This document shows positions 1-18,063 of a DNA stretch of 64,000 bases, one piece after another (position 1 is the first letter of the stretch; each line of letters begins with the position of its first letter). A program made the translations under genes and the position numbers. The DNA comes from Daphnia carinata (taxonomy: Eukaryota): positions 11,098,001-11,162,000 of the forward strand of contig NC_081333.1 in assembly GCF_022539665.2 (NCBI RefSeq), written 5' to 3'. Under the pieces are notes generated by a model that did not search any database, had not been told where the DNA came from, and saw only the letters and a program-made list of their open reading frames with translations.

Positions 1-749
1 GCCAGATTTTCCTATAGCAATCAGCAGTGCGCAGAATTTTGTTAAATTAAATGGATTTATACGGAATTATTTAATCTTCTTGCTACTTAAATACAGAGAG
101 ATAAAATTTATGGAAAATTTTAGATCAAATTCAATCAAGCTTATCTACTTAACGCAGTGAAACTAATGAATAATATTTGGCACTAGTGCATCATCGTTTT
201 CCAAAAAAAGTATTTGAACAGTCTGCAGATAAAGTAAGCGTTGATAACGTCACAGGCTATCGGGGTACTAAAGGTTATAATCGTTTTATTCATTGGTCAC
301 TTCGTCAATTTAATCAAGGTATTTATGATCGAAGTTATAGCCTCGCTTTATATACCGCGAGGATTAAGTTTCTACATTCTACCACAACTGGGAAGAAATC
401 TTCAGATTCAATCAAATCCATCTTCAGTTTGCATTTGTTCGTATCTGCCTATGACAGCGTAACGGTTTTACGGTTTCTGAAACTCAATCAATTTCGAAAT
501 TTTACTTTGAACTGTCATTTCAGAATAAGTTTCGTAATATATATTCGAACAACAATTTTGTAGCCTGATTTTAGATACTAGTTAATACATAGTTGGCCAT
601 GTCAGTTGTGGGATAGGTTTCGTGAGGCTATAGCTGTTGCATCAGATGATCTTAGAATGTTAGTTTCCAATTGCAGAATGCCATACACTTTGCAAAAAAA
701 TATAATTTTTTTTTTAGATAATGTTAGAATTTAACTTTTCATTTACAGA

Positions 750-1106
750 ATGTCATCCACCTCCCAGAAACATCGCAACTTTGTTGCTGAACCCATGGGA
801 GATAAGGCTGTCACAGATCTTGCTGGAATTGGAGGAGTACTTGGAGATAGGCTGGAAAAGAAAGGCTTTGATAAAGTATAAAGGCTGTCTATGCATATAC
901 CATATCATATATATATTTGCACTTTCAGAAATGTTAATTTGTTTCATTTTTCATTGCAGGCATATGTAGTGCTGGGGCAGTTTTTAGTCCTCAAGAAGAA
1001 TAAGGAGCTTTTTGTTGATTGGCTGAAAGACACAGCTGGTGCCAATGCTAAACAAGCAGGAGATTGCCATCAGTGTTTATCTGACTGGTGTGATGAGTTT
1101 TTGTAA
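750..1106 (+). CDS. BANF1: Barrier-to-autointegration factor, 2 coding exons (750-875, 960-1106), 90 aa
   Basis: Spliced translation [55 protein letters not shown]...[10 protein letters not shown] matches BAF; GT-AG intron 876-959. Confidence 0.96.
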
Positions 1107-3214
1107 CTTTTATTACTTCAATTGGGTATTTATCTGTCCCCAGACTCCTTCCCAAACTCACCATCCATCGTACATATTTCCAGCATACTATGCTTCGATC
1201 TTTTAATAACATGCTCCGCCGCTGCCTTGATGTAATGGGCTCTCCATCGTATGTCTTTTAAATTACGCATGTGTGTATGTCCATTTAAAATCTACATACA
1301 AGTTATACTTCTGGAATTAATGACTTAACCGAACGATAAAAAAAAAATATAATTAGTTCAATGTGTATTTTTTTCCGATCATACAATGTTTGAAATTGAG
1401 TTTTTGTGGGAATAGGGGAGGTGGGGTAATAAGGATTTTTCACGTACACTAAATCGGGGCCCTAATAATAGATTTTTGTTGTTCGAATCATAGATTACAT
1501 CAAGAACTTGGTTGCAGCAACAAGAAGAGCAAACCTACCCAATTAATATCGCCGCCATTTATCCACTTTTTTTTTTCACTTGACTACTTTCTTCCATTCC
1601 ATTATTCTCTTCACTCACGCTTCCACAACGAAGACAATTTGACGCAGCCAAAAAAAGAGGGGAAAACCACACGTCTTGTTTCACTCACACTTGTTCAAGT
1701 AATTTTCCTAGTCTCGTAATAAGAACTACAGTAAAGGATGGGAGGGTCAAATTAAAAGAACGCACGGCATGCAACAAAGACGTTTGTTACGTGGGTGGAA
1801 ACCTGTGTAAAATGTTATCAGAAAGCCGGGATATAATTTCCCTATTTGATTTTTACAAGTATGCACGAGAACCCAGGATCAATCATATTAGAAAAGAGAA
1901 ATAATGAACAAGATTTCAAATACCACAATGAGGCAAGCCGGAGGAGGGGAGCTAAAAATATTAACGGGACAAATGTTTTCTCTCACTGATAATTTGCTTC
2001 AGAGTTGTTATGAATTACTTAATAGCGTCGGATCTAGGATACTTCCGCACTGTTTCACAAGATGAGTCCTAATGGGTTTCATTCCTTGCTTTAAATACTT
2101 CACAGCCAAATCTCACTAATCATGCATTATTGTTTTTTTTCTTTTTTTTTGGGAACTGAGAGTAAAACAGAAGAAAAAACAAAAAAAAAAAACGAAAAAG
2201 ATTATTTGAACACCGACATAGCTTTTCCTTTTTTTTGCGTGGGATGTTAAAAAGAATGAGAGATAAAAAAAAAGAAGGGGAAGATTCTTTCCTGCGATAA
2301 ATTTTTTCGTGCGGTAAAAATAAAAGAAGCTACAGATCGTTGGACATGCACATTGTTTGGGGGGCCTAGTTCTATATATATAATATGTATATAACTGGTT
2401 AAGGGTGGAATTTTTCTAAAAGACGTTAGAAGTGATTGAACTCAAGAGGTAATGTCAATAAGGAGAGCAAAAAAAAATGCAACATCCTTCCCTCCCCCTT
2501 CTTTAAACTATTTGAACGGAGAAAATTGAATTGTTTTGGATCTTTGTCTTTTTACAAAAAAAGGTGGGGCAGCGTAAACACGAGAAATATTCCGAGACTA
2601 AAGATCTATAAGAAAGACGGATAAGATACAAGTTTTTCAGACAGACGATGGGTCAAAAATGCAACGTTTTCTTCCCTTAAAGGTTTATAGCTAAGGTCGG
2701 AGTCGGGTTGTGAGAGAGATAGAACAGCAACAACGGAAGCAAAAAAAAAAAAAAACGGAAAATCAGCGCATTTTGGGGGGTAGAATCAGAAATTAGAAGT
2801 CACTTCTCATCTGTCACCAATCTTTTGTGATGAAATCACGTTGTAGTATTTCTTCTGTTCCATATTCACCGCCTGTTGATGCTGTGGTCAACACAATGTA
2901 TACCAAGTCGTTATGGATTGCATACGAGCTGGTAGTGTATCATTTCATTGCCGCTATGGATAAATCGATTGATGATGATAGATATATCTTTGATCGGCAA
3001 CACTGCTTGTTGCCTGTACTGCCGCTTTCTATGACTCGGGCGAAATCGCACAAGCGCGCTGCTGTCATTCATACAATTTCTATTGAAATTTTTGTTGTTT
3101 TGTTTAGGGATTTTTTTTGTTTTTTGTTTGGTTTTGCAAGTGATCGCGCTGTTTAAATTTGACCATTTTATGTAGCAAAATTGGATTTTCTTTTGGTTTG
3201 GGGATGTCCATTTC

Positions 3215-6200
3215 CTAGACAAATACTTTGGCCAGGGCGTCAGCTCCAGCAGACGCGATAAACGGTTTGCTTGGATGAAAAGCAACATCAAAAATAGATT
3301 CGTCAAACTTTTTACGGTGGGATGTGATCTCTTGAACGCAAGTTTTGTTTTCCAAATTCCATAGTCGAATGCTACAATCATGACCTATATTTCATTGAAC
3401 GATATCAAACATTAGGGTTGCAGAATAATAAGAAATTGAAACTACTATTACATACTTCCAGAGAGCAGATAGAGCCCATTGGGATCTACGGCCAGGCACG
3501 TGACAGCGTCCAAGTGGGCAACCATAGCGTGTGCGAGCTTCCCTGTGTTGTTGTCGTAAAAGCGGATGTGTCGGTCTTCGTGGGCCGTTATTGTCAACGG
3601 AAGGGTAGGATGTGAAATGACGCGATTGATCTGGCGACCAAATACTGAATCCTCCACTCCCTAATTAATTCAATGGATTACAAGAAGAACAACAAATATA
3701 CTGTACAATAGAGAACGGTTTGAGACAATTTTACCTTATCTGTGTCGAGCCGAGTGACTGGTTGACCCGTTTCCAGGTCGAAGAGGATACAAGCGGCCGA
3801 ATTGTAGGATGTGACCATTCGGTTCGGGTCGTCGCGGACAAAATCCACTGACGTCGGTATTCCATCTAATGGCAATGCGAATCAAAAAAATATTACATTA
3901 CACGATACTATTAGAGCATTTTTCTCGATGTCGAGCCAACCTGATTCAGAGGTAAAAACTGATAGGAGTGGAGACTTGGACTGCGGATTCCATAAGCGAA
4001 CGCTGCCATCGGCTGAAGATGACAGCAAATGTAGTTTTTGGCTGTGCAAACTCAAACCCCATACGGCATCCGTGTGGCCCAAAAGGGAGTTGCTCAGTAC
4101 ACTCGGATCTTTTTTTAACAAATGAGAAAATTATGAAACACTTCTGGATTGATACCCTTACCAGACGTATTTTAAACAATGTAATTGCGCATATAAGTGG
4201 CTACAAGCTATTCAATGGAATTATACTACTCACCATACGAATCGTACGGATCGATATTTGACCCAGGGATATTCCAGCATTGTAAGGAACCGTCAAGACC
4301 ACCACTGAAACACTGCTCGCCCGAGGAGCTCATAGCTAAACAAAGAACTGGTCCGGTATGGCCTCGGAACGTATAAACAGGTTCTACATCCAGTGAAGCT
4401 GACCTGCCAAAGGAAAAAACAAAAAAGAAAATGTCAAACGTCGCAAATAACGGAAAACAGAAACAAATATATACTTTTTGGCCGGAATGGTTTTCTGAAG
4501 GTTCCATAGCTTGAGAGTACAGTCCTCGCTGGCCGTGACCAAAACGGGTTCGACGGGATGGAAAGCAAGAGCACGCACACCGTCAAAGTGGCTACGTAAA
4601 GTATACTTGGCATTCCATGTCTTGCGGAACGACTCTTTGTTCACCGATATCTGCAATAAACAACCAATTAGTTAATATGTGCCACGGTAATAAATAAATA
4701 AAATTATGTTAAACTTTACATCATAGCTAACTTCTGCTTCGTTATTGACGGTCAACTGTGCCAGTTCTCCTAAGCCAAGATGACCATCAACGCCTTCATC
4801 ATCTGAGGAGGATAGGCCAGTCAGACCGGCTAAATGAGCCGTCTCACTCGCAGCTCCAATTCCAGTTGGAGCTGGTCCTGTCACCGGCGCAGGAATAACA
4901 GAACGCCGTGAAACACCACCGGTGCTAGTGCCGCTGAATCCTATTTCAAGTAACAATCAAAATGAAGATTCTTTTTTTTTTATCCGTCTACTTAACAGAA
5001 GAAGACGCTATTTGAATAGTGATATAAATAGATAAAAATAAAGACTAGGTTTCTCCGCAAGCTATTTTTCTGCTGGGTTCCTCCAGGGGCGAGGGGGGGG
5101 GGGGGGCCATCCAGCCTGTTGGACAGAAAAAGTGTTGCAAGGCAAGAAGGGGCGCTACCTGTACGGATTCTTGGAGAAAGAGGTGTAGAAGAAGAAGTGA
5201 AAGAGGAGTACAGGCCGCCATACTGCTCTTCTAAATCAATTTCGCCCAGCATCTCATGTAACGCGGATCGTTTGGGACCTGACCGAGTAACGTAAGCAGT
5301 AGCAGAGGCAAACGACGATTTGGGTAAGAAGAGGACATGTTGAGCCCAGTAACCCACAACATGCGATTTTCGAATAACAGAAAGCGAACACGACGAATAG
5401 GTTCAAAGGTTAAATCAAGCAGCGAAGGAAAATTTTTAAAAAAGAAAATAAATGTTAGAAAGTTAAAAAAGAAAGGAAATGTTAGAAAGTTATAAAACAA
5501 AATAAATGAATTGAATTCTGCGAAAATAGTTTCCTTTAAGCATAGAAGTCGTGCCTTAATTCTTTTGATCGAAAAAGAATGTTGCACTTTTCGTACAATT
5601 ATTATTTTAAAATGACTGTTAGAGCTGATGTCGTTGGTCCGTGTGAATTAGGACAATTTTTAACTTACGCGCTACGAGCCCCCTTTTGTTCTTGGCACGA
5701 TCTCGTCGGTACTGCTCTTTGAGCTGCGAGATGTGCAACGGGTCGACCAGCCAATCCGGGCCATCATCCGACGTCGTCAATCCGCCCCGATCTAATAGCA
5801 CGCATACGCACGCACACACGAACAATCAACAACAACAACAAATAAAGGGGAAAAAACGAGACAAAACAGAATGCCATTCAATAGAAAAAGAAGTTAGAAA
5901 AGAAACTAATTCATGCTTTGAAACTAGTTTAGTTATTTTAAAAAATCAGACGAATCATTTGTTTACAAGGCGTACCAGGACAACTGCCACTCGGAGCCAT
6001 GCAACTAGAAAAGAATCGTCCAGAAAAAAGACACTAAAACTGACAACGAGATAACATATCTCCGGTAAGGAAACGTGTACCATTGATGGGGCATTCAGTG
6101 TGAATCGGCACAGAGAGAAGAAGGAAGGTAGCCAGAGAGAGAGAAATAAAAGCGACGAAGATATTGCCGAATTCCAGCTTGTTTCCTTTCATTTTTTGAA

Positions 6201-9200
6201 GGGGAGAAAAAACCTTTGCTTTTGTTGTTCTTTGTTTCTATGTATAACATAAGGAGTCTTGCCCTGAACAAGAAGACTATCAAGCCGATTTGGAGGTATG
6301 CAAAGGCAGAGGACATTCAAAAGCTGCACCTTCCACCATTTCAGCATAGACGCAACGTGAACACCGAGTACGAAATAAAGTCATGTGCACAGAAAAGCGT
6401 ACGGAATTCTCCGAATAGACGACAGAGGAGGCAACTGATGAATTAAAAGAAACGTTTAAAAAAAATCATGTATGGCTTACCCCAGTCGGTAGTATCCGTC
6501 TGCATCCGCAATTCGTGCGAAGCATCGTCGGTGTCGCTACCCAGGAAGCTAAACTCGTTGAGCACTTCCTCCGTCTCGGCGTCCACATCGTCTCGGAGAT
6601 TCTACGTGACAAAAGGAAAAACATTACGATAAAAGTAAAAACAAACAACAACAAAGGCTTCATTATATACACCGTAAAATACAAGGGCCATTGCAAATTT
6701 TTAATTTCTGTTTACTAAAGGATTTGAAATACGAATAGACACTAAAATCTTGTGCCTATTCTACTCGACACATTTATCTTTTTTTCTTCAAAATAGTTAC
6801 ATCTTTTTGGTAGACGGAGAAAAACTCAAAAAAGGATTTTTCCTTCTGTTTTCATGGACTGTTGGATAAGCGATCCACTTGTCTCACAAGTACTCGGAGA
6901 AACTTCAGAACAGAAACGAACGGAAACAAATGATACGCAATAACCAAGAAGTTTCAATATTGAGATTCCAGAACTTGTTACAAGTGGATAGAAAATCCAA
7001 ACTCTTAAAACTGACAATAGGCTGCTTTCTCTGAAATTTTTTGTTTTCATTTGCATTCTTCAACGCACTTTGGCTTTCATTTTGTTTCGCTTGGAAGTGG
7101 CTGCGTTAGATGCGGCGGAAGCAGCGGCGTCGTCTGCGTCATCGTCTGTGTTGTCCTCCATTTCGTCGCTCATTTCGTCTTCGTCATCGACCTCAACGCC
7201 GACTCCTTCTTGGGCCAGGAAATCAAAGTTTGCCATGACAGCAGCCTCTGTGTCCATAATCATGGCTTCGGCAAGCGATGCAGGAGGCACCTTCTTAGCC
7301 GGAGCCCGCCGGCCCTGCGATTCGCTCAGTCGCTTACTGTTCCCGCTCGGATCGCCAGGACTGGAGCCTGCGACAGCAGAACCCCCAGTGGTACCGCCGA
7401 CAGTACCACCAGTAGCTCCCCCGTTGAGAGCCGATCCGCCCGTTTGCTCTTCTTTTTCAGAAGTTCCTGCTGGGTTTAACCCCAACAAGGAACGAACACG
7501 GTTCGATCGGACGTCAATGATTGTGTCAGTGTAACCAATTTCTTGGAGGTACCTTTTGCAAGCAAATGTACAGAATAATTCAATTACCGATGCTTGTTAG
7601 TTCCAAACTGGTGTTTTTTTTTGTATTCCCCATTGTTCGAGGCTTACTGGCGCAACAGTTGCCGCCCTTGTCTCCAGTTGACATTGCTGTTAGTGATGAA
7701 AATGGACTCGCCATCGACAGGTTCGCCGCCAATGCCGTCCTCAAAGATAGGCGGCTTGACGTCGCCTTGCTGAAGCTCCGTCCCATATTTGAGTTTGTGG
7801 TATTTGGCTCTGTAACAATAAATAGGCGTTGATTTACATTCAAATTAGTCAATTTGCGAACACTGAACTCTTACCTTTCTTGTTTTAAAGCGTACTCCAG
7901 CATTTTGATCCGCCGGACTAGATCATTCTTCAGATTTTCCTGTCCTTTTCGTTCACCCTGCAGAAAAGCTATTCGCGCCTAGAACCAAATAATATAAATG
8001 AATTAAATGTTAGTTAAAACACTTGTAATGACGTTCTGAATGTGCACGGTTAGGAAAAAAACTAATAAAAAAAATCAAATGGAAGCTGTTTTGCGTCAGA
8101 CTGTTTAAACAAATTTCCTCTAAGAAGAACCAATCGCTCCTTTAGGTTCAGAGATTTCCATGTTTTGAACTAATTGGAAGGAAACGGATCCAGGAGGGAA
8201 GAGATATATTGCAAATGGGCTGCATTTGTTTCCACAAAACAAGCCAGTTCGGCAGATAACTATGTTTTATATCGGCCATTCAGCAGAAACATTTTGGATT
8301 TGCCAGTACTCTTTTCTTTAAATGAGTGACCACATACGCGCTTCAAGTTGTTTAATTGGGCTTAATTCAAGTGAACGAGTGTTTCAAACTAACTCTACAT
8401 CAAGCTAAAATCAAAAATACGGAAAATGCAAAGGACGGAGTTAAGTTTAATGCGCGGGTGGATTCAACAAAAAAGAGCAGGATGCTGTCCGTCTGCCGAG
8501 CACTAGAACGTGACGCACTTGACTAGCACACCATAGGTTTACAATTACAACGCCATTTCCTATCCCTACCAACCTAGAACATAACTAACACGAAAGAATC
8601 CGTTAATAAATACTTATCCAATCGTGGGAAACAAGTTAAAAAAAAAAAAAAGAGGATGGGAACAGCAAAAAAGAAGTATTGGTGTCCAGCCAAGCAAAAA
8701 CTTGTCCTAAGGCCCTAAGGCTGCATGTTTCTGTGTGTGGTTTTTAAAGTAACCACTAACATGTCAGCTATGTAAAGGAGTAAATATGGTTGCACAAGCT
8801 ATGCACTTATTCGAATGAAGGCCAAATCTTCTTCCAACTATTTCAGGTAGCATTTCTTGGCGGTTGATGAGCTGTCCAAATCACTTTGTCAAGCTGGTTG
8901 TCCATAGCAAATACAAGTCAAACAGTTTTGGATAGTAACTTTTACAATTCACTGCTCAAATAGCAACCATGCCACATAATTTACGATTCAAAGTTTTCCA
9001 AACTTTATTGCAGAACAGTATGAACATCCTCTAGATCAGAGATTGGGTTGTCGATCAGCTGAGGGACTAACCCTGGTCAAGTACCAGAAGATGAATGCCA
9101 AAGAAAGTTTTGACTCAATATGGATACTGAATGGTGTTCTAACTGAAATTTGGGGGGATTTACTTTAATCTTATGAGGGTTTGTTTCACCTGTAATTCTG

Positions 9201-9402
9201 CTCGTTCCACCTCCCACTGGGAGCGCTCCATTTCGAAGCGAGCCCATTCGTGCTGGATGAAGTGGAGGATGCCCGGGATTGAGTACTGTGTCCTTGGATT
9301 GTTGTCGTCGCTATTGTTGACTTTGACACTAGACGAACTTGTGCCCACACCAGAAGGTCCCAACTGGCCATTATGCGGTGCAGAATTGGGCCCGTCTTCC
9401 AT
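3215..9402 (-). CDS. STRN: Striatin (PP2A B''' / STRIPAK scaffold, Cka-like), multi-exon
   Basis: [84 protein letters not shown] and a C-terminal WD40 series ending [13 protein letters not shown] (TAG at 3215-3217). Alternative in-frame ATG at 9426. Exons at 5.0-6.6 kb are less certain. Confidence 0.95.
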
Positions 9403-10633
9403 CGTTCCGGATTCCGGGATTTTCATCACTGACGAGACGCCATATTGACACTAGCTAAGGCAGGGTTGCCACTTCACACTAGAAACCAACAAACTCATAC
9501 ACGTACAGCGCCAATATTCCTAGCGGAACTTTATACAACTATTTGGTTAAAAAAAAGAAATACGAATTGACTTTTCTCAACGTGTTTAGGTGATTGCTAT
9601 CATTGAAAAGCGTTTCAACTGTGGATGAGATAGTTGAAAAACGAACCTTAATAAAAAGGTTAGTTTTTTGTACGGATGATTAACGAAACAATTCAATACG
9701 GTCTCAGTTGTCCTAGTTCACTGCGAATTATAGCTTTGCCTTCGACTTCAGTGAATACCATCTTGGCTATCTCTGTTTCACGTTTTGAGTTTTAGCAGAT
9801 TTTAGCTCATGTTTTTTTTCGAAATTCGAAGTTATGTCATTTTTAAAAAGTTTTTCAAGATTTTTGTTTTAAACAACTCTGTTTATTGATTCCCTTGAGT
9901 GCATTAAAAACCCCAGAAATTCAACTTTACCGCCACTACACAGACGTGGTGCTTCTTCACTAAGACAGATCAGTAGTCTAAATGTTTAGAAATTTTGAAA
10001 ATCAATAGAAGCAGAATGCGTTATATAAAGACATACGGTAAAATCAAACTGTTACGTGAACATTTTGTTCGTGGAAACGTAAAGTCAAAATGATATAAGA
10101 CATAGAAACAGACCTGTAAATCACCAGGAAATTTCTTTTGCTTATGCAGAAAACTATGTAAAATATTGGTGACAGCAAATCCCACCCTGCATCACGATAT
10201 GCTAAACCGTCTCTAGGTTTGTGACGCTGTGTATGTATCGACCTTTTTTAAATGTTTGTAGATGTTGTCAAAAGCTAATGCTCATCATTCAAATTTTAGC
10301 AGCACATGATAAAGAAACCACAATTAAAGTTATGTTTTTAATTTTTACACAATGTTTTAGCTATTATCTGAAATATGATCTTTTGAATCAAAAATGAAAT
10401 TTTCGTTTAAAAATTATGACTTTTTCTGGTTTTTCGTTCGAAGAATAATTTTTCTTAGGTTGTTTAAAATTTTTTTTTTATTTTGTAAGGATTTTCTCGT
10501 TCTTTGACATCGTCGCAGGATTTTCTGAAAACAAAGTAGAAGCGCCGTTGCCCAAATCGATTATTCGTCGTTTTGCAAACATTCTACACTCCCAGTGAGG
10601 TATGTTTTTTTCTTGGAATAGCGGGTATACAAA

Positions 10634-11180
10634 ATGTTTCGATTTTGTGCTATATCAAATCTTAACGGGGAGGTAAAATTTTCCCATTATTTTGAGTCAG
10701 CTTTATGTGCCGTCACCAACTTAGAGAGGGAAATAGTACAAGAATGTCTTAATACAGGAGACAAACAGGTGGATTTAACCAATTTCATTTTCATTTAAAT
10801 AAAGCAAGAGGTTGTATTTTTGTTTTTAGGGTGTTATAAAAAGGTCAGATTGCTTGGCAGTTTTCAAGCGTGAAGGTATATTATGTGTTGTTATTGGTGC
10901 AGTTCCATCTGCCAATGTAAACATAGCTTCAGATCTTTTACATTGTTTCACCTTTATTCTTACACATCATCTTAAGAACAAGGTATGTAATGATCTCTGG
11001 AAAAATGCATACAATCATTACTTTTTATTTCGTGTAAAGACGGAGATGCAAACAGTTCATAATAAAGAAGTAATTCACAACATCCTGACTCAAATGGTCC
11101 ATGGAAGTGTACTGGAAACAAGAATTTCTCATATTCCAGCTCTTCATGACTTTCAAATGGCAACTGGCACTGAGTATTAA
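10634..11180 (+). CDS. AP4S1: Divergent adaptor-complex sigma subunit, most like AP-4 sigma; 3 exons (10634-10768, 10830-10982, 11040-11180), 142 aa
   Basis: Spliced ORF MFRFCAISNLNGEVKFSHYFE...LEREIVQECLNTGDKQ|GVIKRSDCLAVFKREGILCVVIG...DLLHCFTFILTHHLKNK|TEMQTVHNKEVIHNILTQMVHGSVLETRISHI... aligns by eye, almost without gaps, to AP sigma subunits. Two phase-0 GT-AG introns; head-to-head with striatin. Confidence 0.8.
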
Positions 11181-11380
11181 TTTGAATTCATTAAGGTAGC
11201 AACAGATCATCAATAAACGTCATTATCACTACCTTGTTAAATTTATTTCAATCAGCAATGGAAGTTCAGGTCCATACCCAAACCATTTGTTTTTAAAAAG
11301 AAGTATTATGAGATTTTTACAAAATAAATAGTCAGCCCACCATATGACTAGCTATGTCAGAAAAAAGGAAACAAAGTAAC

Positions 11381-12100
11381 TCATGGGTTGAGATCATTTA
11401 TCATTGATGGGTCTTCCTTGCGTCTTGGGTCACCAGCCAACATGGAAAGAATCATGCTATATAACAAAAAAGAAACAATCAGATAAATGTTTTTAAAGGC
11501 ATATGAGATTTTTTTTACCAGTACAAGTAGACAAAAAACATTATTAGATAATATCCCAGGCCAATCATACAATCCCTCATGTGTTTTTTTAGCTGTCCCC
11601 GGTTGTAAATTTCTGTTGGATCATAAACACCCATATTTCCACGAGGCACAGAAACACATCTGCAAATCAAATCATGAGCTATGAAGTAAATACTGATATG
11701 TAAATACTGACATGAAGTAATGTTACTCATAAATTAGCCAGAGAGATACAGGAAGTGAAGTGAGAACAATCCACCAATGCCCAGTGAAGGACAAGAGTAT
11801 GATGGTAATAAGATGGGCAATGATTCTTGGGAAAATCCACTAGAAAAAAAAATCATTACTAAAGCAAACATTGATAATGGCACAACTTCATGTGTTACAA
11901 TATTTAGGTTTGAGCAGCACTGCTGTGCATTGAGATAATCACATTCCAAATCAGATAGAGTGATAATCTGGAAACAAATAATTAATGAAATGCAACACCG
12001 ATAGGAAAAACTTTTTGAAAATGCATACGTAGTACACGAGTAGAAATAATAGTGCTCCTGTGTCGAACAGGCAAAATGCAAACATCAGCGTGTCCGACAT
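11381..12100 (-). CDS. CNIH4: Cornichon homolog 4 (ER cargo receptor), 5 exons
   Basis: [46 protein letters not shown]...[23 protein letters not shown]...SMILSML are CNIH4-type motifs. Confidence 0.93.
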
Positions 12101-13293
12101 TATGAACGAGTAGCCAGGATAAGATAATAAAGCCGGACGATTTCTTTTTTCAAAATCGGATAGGAGAAATATAGGTTTTAAGCTTTTAGCCCTATCCTAC
12201 ACGTCTTTATTCAAGTTATTTTGTGAGATTGGTTGAAGTTATATAGAACTTGTTTGATTTTGGCTGATTGTTAATATCACTGATCATGGTACACATTCAT
12301 CACCAATGAGATGCATCTTTCCCACAATATCTGTGATAACGAAAAAGCTTTATATCAGCGTCGCTAGGTGGGATACGGGTGGCATCTTCTTTAAGGCGTC
12401 GGCGTAATCCCTTCCCGGTTATTAATATATACAATTGAATTTCCCAACACTTATTGCTCGTATTAGTTAATTAAAGAAATAAGACATATATTCTATTTCC
12501 TACTTTAACAAGAATTACCACCTTTTACTAATTCTGTTAGGTGATTTTCCACATTCTTGATCGCACTTGCGGCGTTGCAAGACTTTCTCTTCTTCCCTTA
12601 AGGGAGAGTCGAGTCCTTCCTCACTTACTGAAAAAAAAGTTTTCAAGATGGTGATTGTGTGAGAGCCAGACTGGGTGCGTTGCATGGGATTTATACCGAA
12701 AAGTGACACGACGAAAACACTTTAAGGCAATCCCATAGACAATTTAGAACAGCCACTCTGACTGCTTGTACTCTTGGAACCGTATCATATCTTGGATTAC
12801 GTTGGTTTCCTTCATCGTACTGGAAAGAGAAGATTGTAGAAAACTGGTGAATACTATATATCAGCCCTCTTTTTCCTCAGAGTAAGTATAGTGAACAGAT
12901 GAGCGGGTCGGTGCATGTCGGATGAGGTTCACATCATTCGTTTTTCAACACTACCAGATTGTCTATGTCTGATTTCAATTCCTTTGAAATATCTTTTCAT
13001 AATCAATTACTTTCCAAAAAATGGGAGTATTAGCATATTTACTTGCTTCTGATCTTTGACTTTGATAATTGATTGCACTTAATCTTATTGTACCATCTGA
13101 ATGCTGATATCAGTTTTCTTTTCTTTCAGGATTGGTCACAAATACCAGCACTTGGACTAAGAAGAGGAAACTTGTGATAATCAAATGACAAACTAGGGAT
13201 ATGTCTTGATGAACACACATTCGGGCCAACACTAGGCCCCTCACTCCTCCACCTTTACAAAGTGCTTGCAAAGATCCAGACAGATAACTTAGG

Positions 13294-18063
<4,770 letters not shown>

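Noticed and set aside
177..563. 128-aa ORF upstream of BAF
   Set aside because: Non-ATG start and no recognisable homology; probably BAF promoter/5' UTR and intron.
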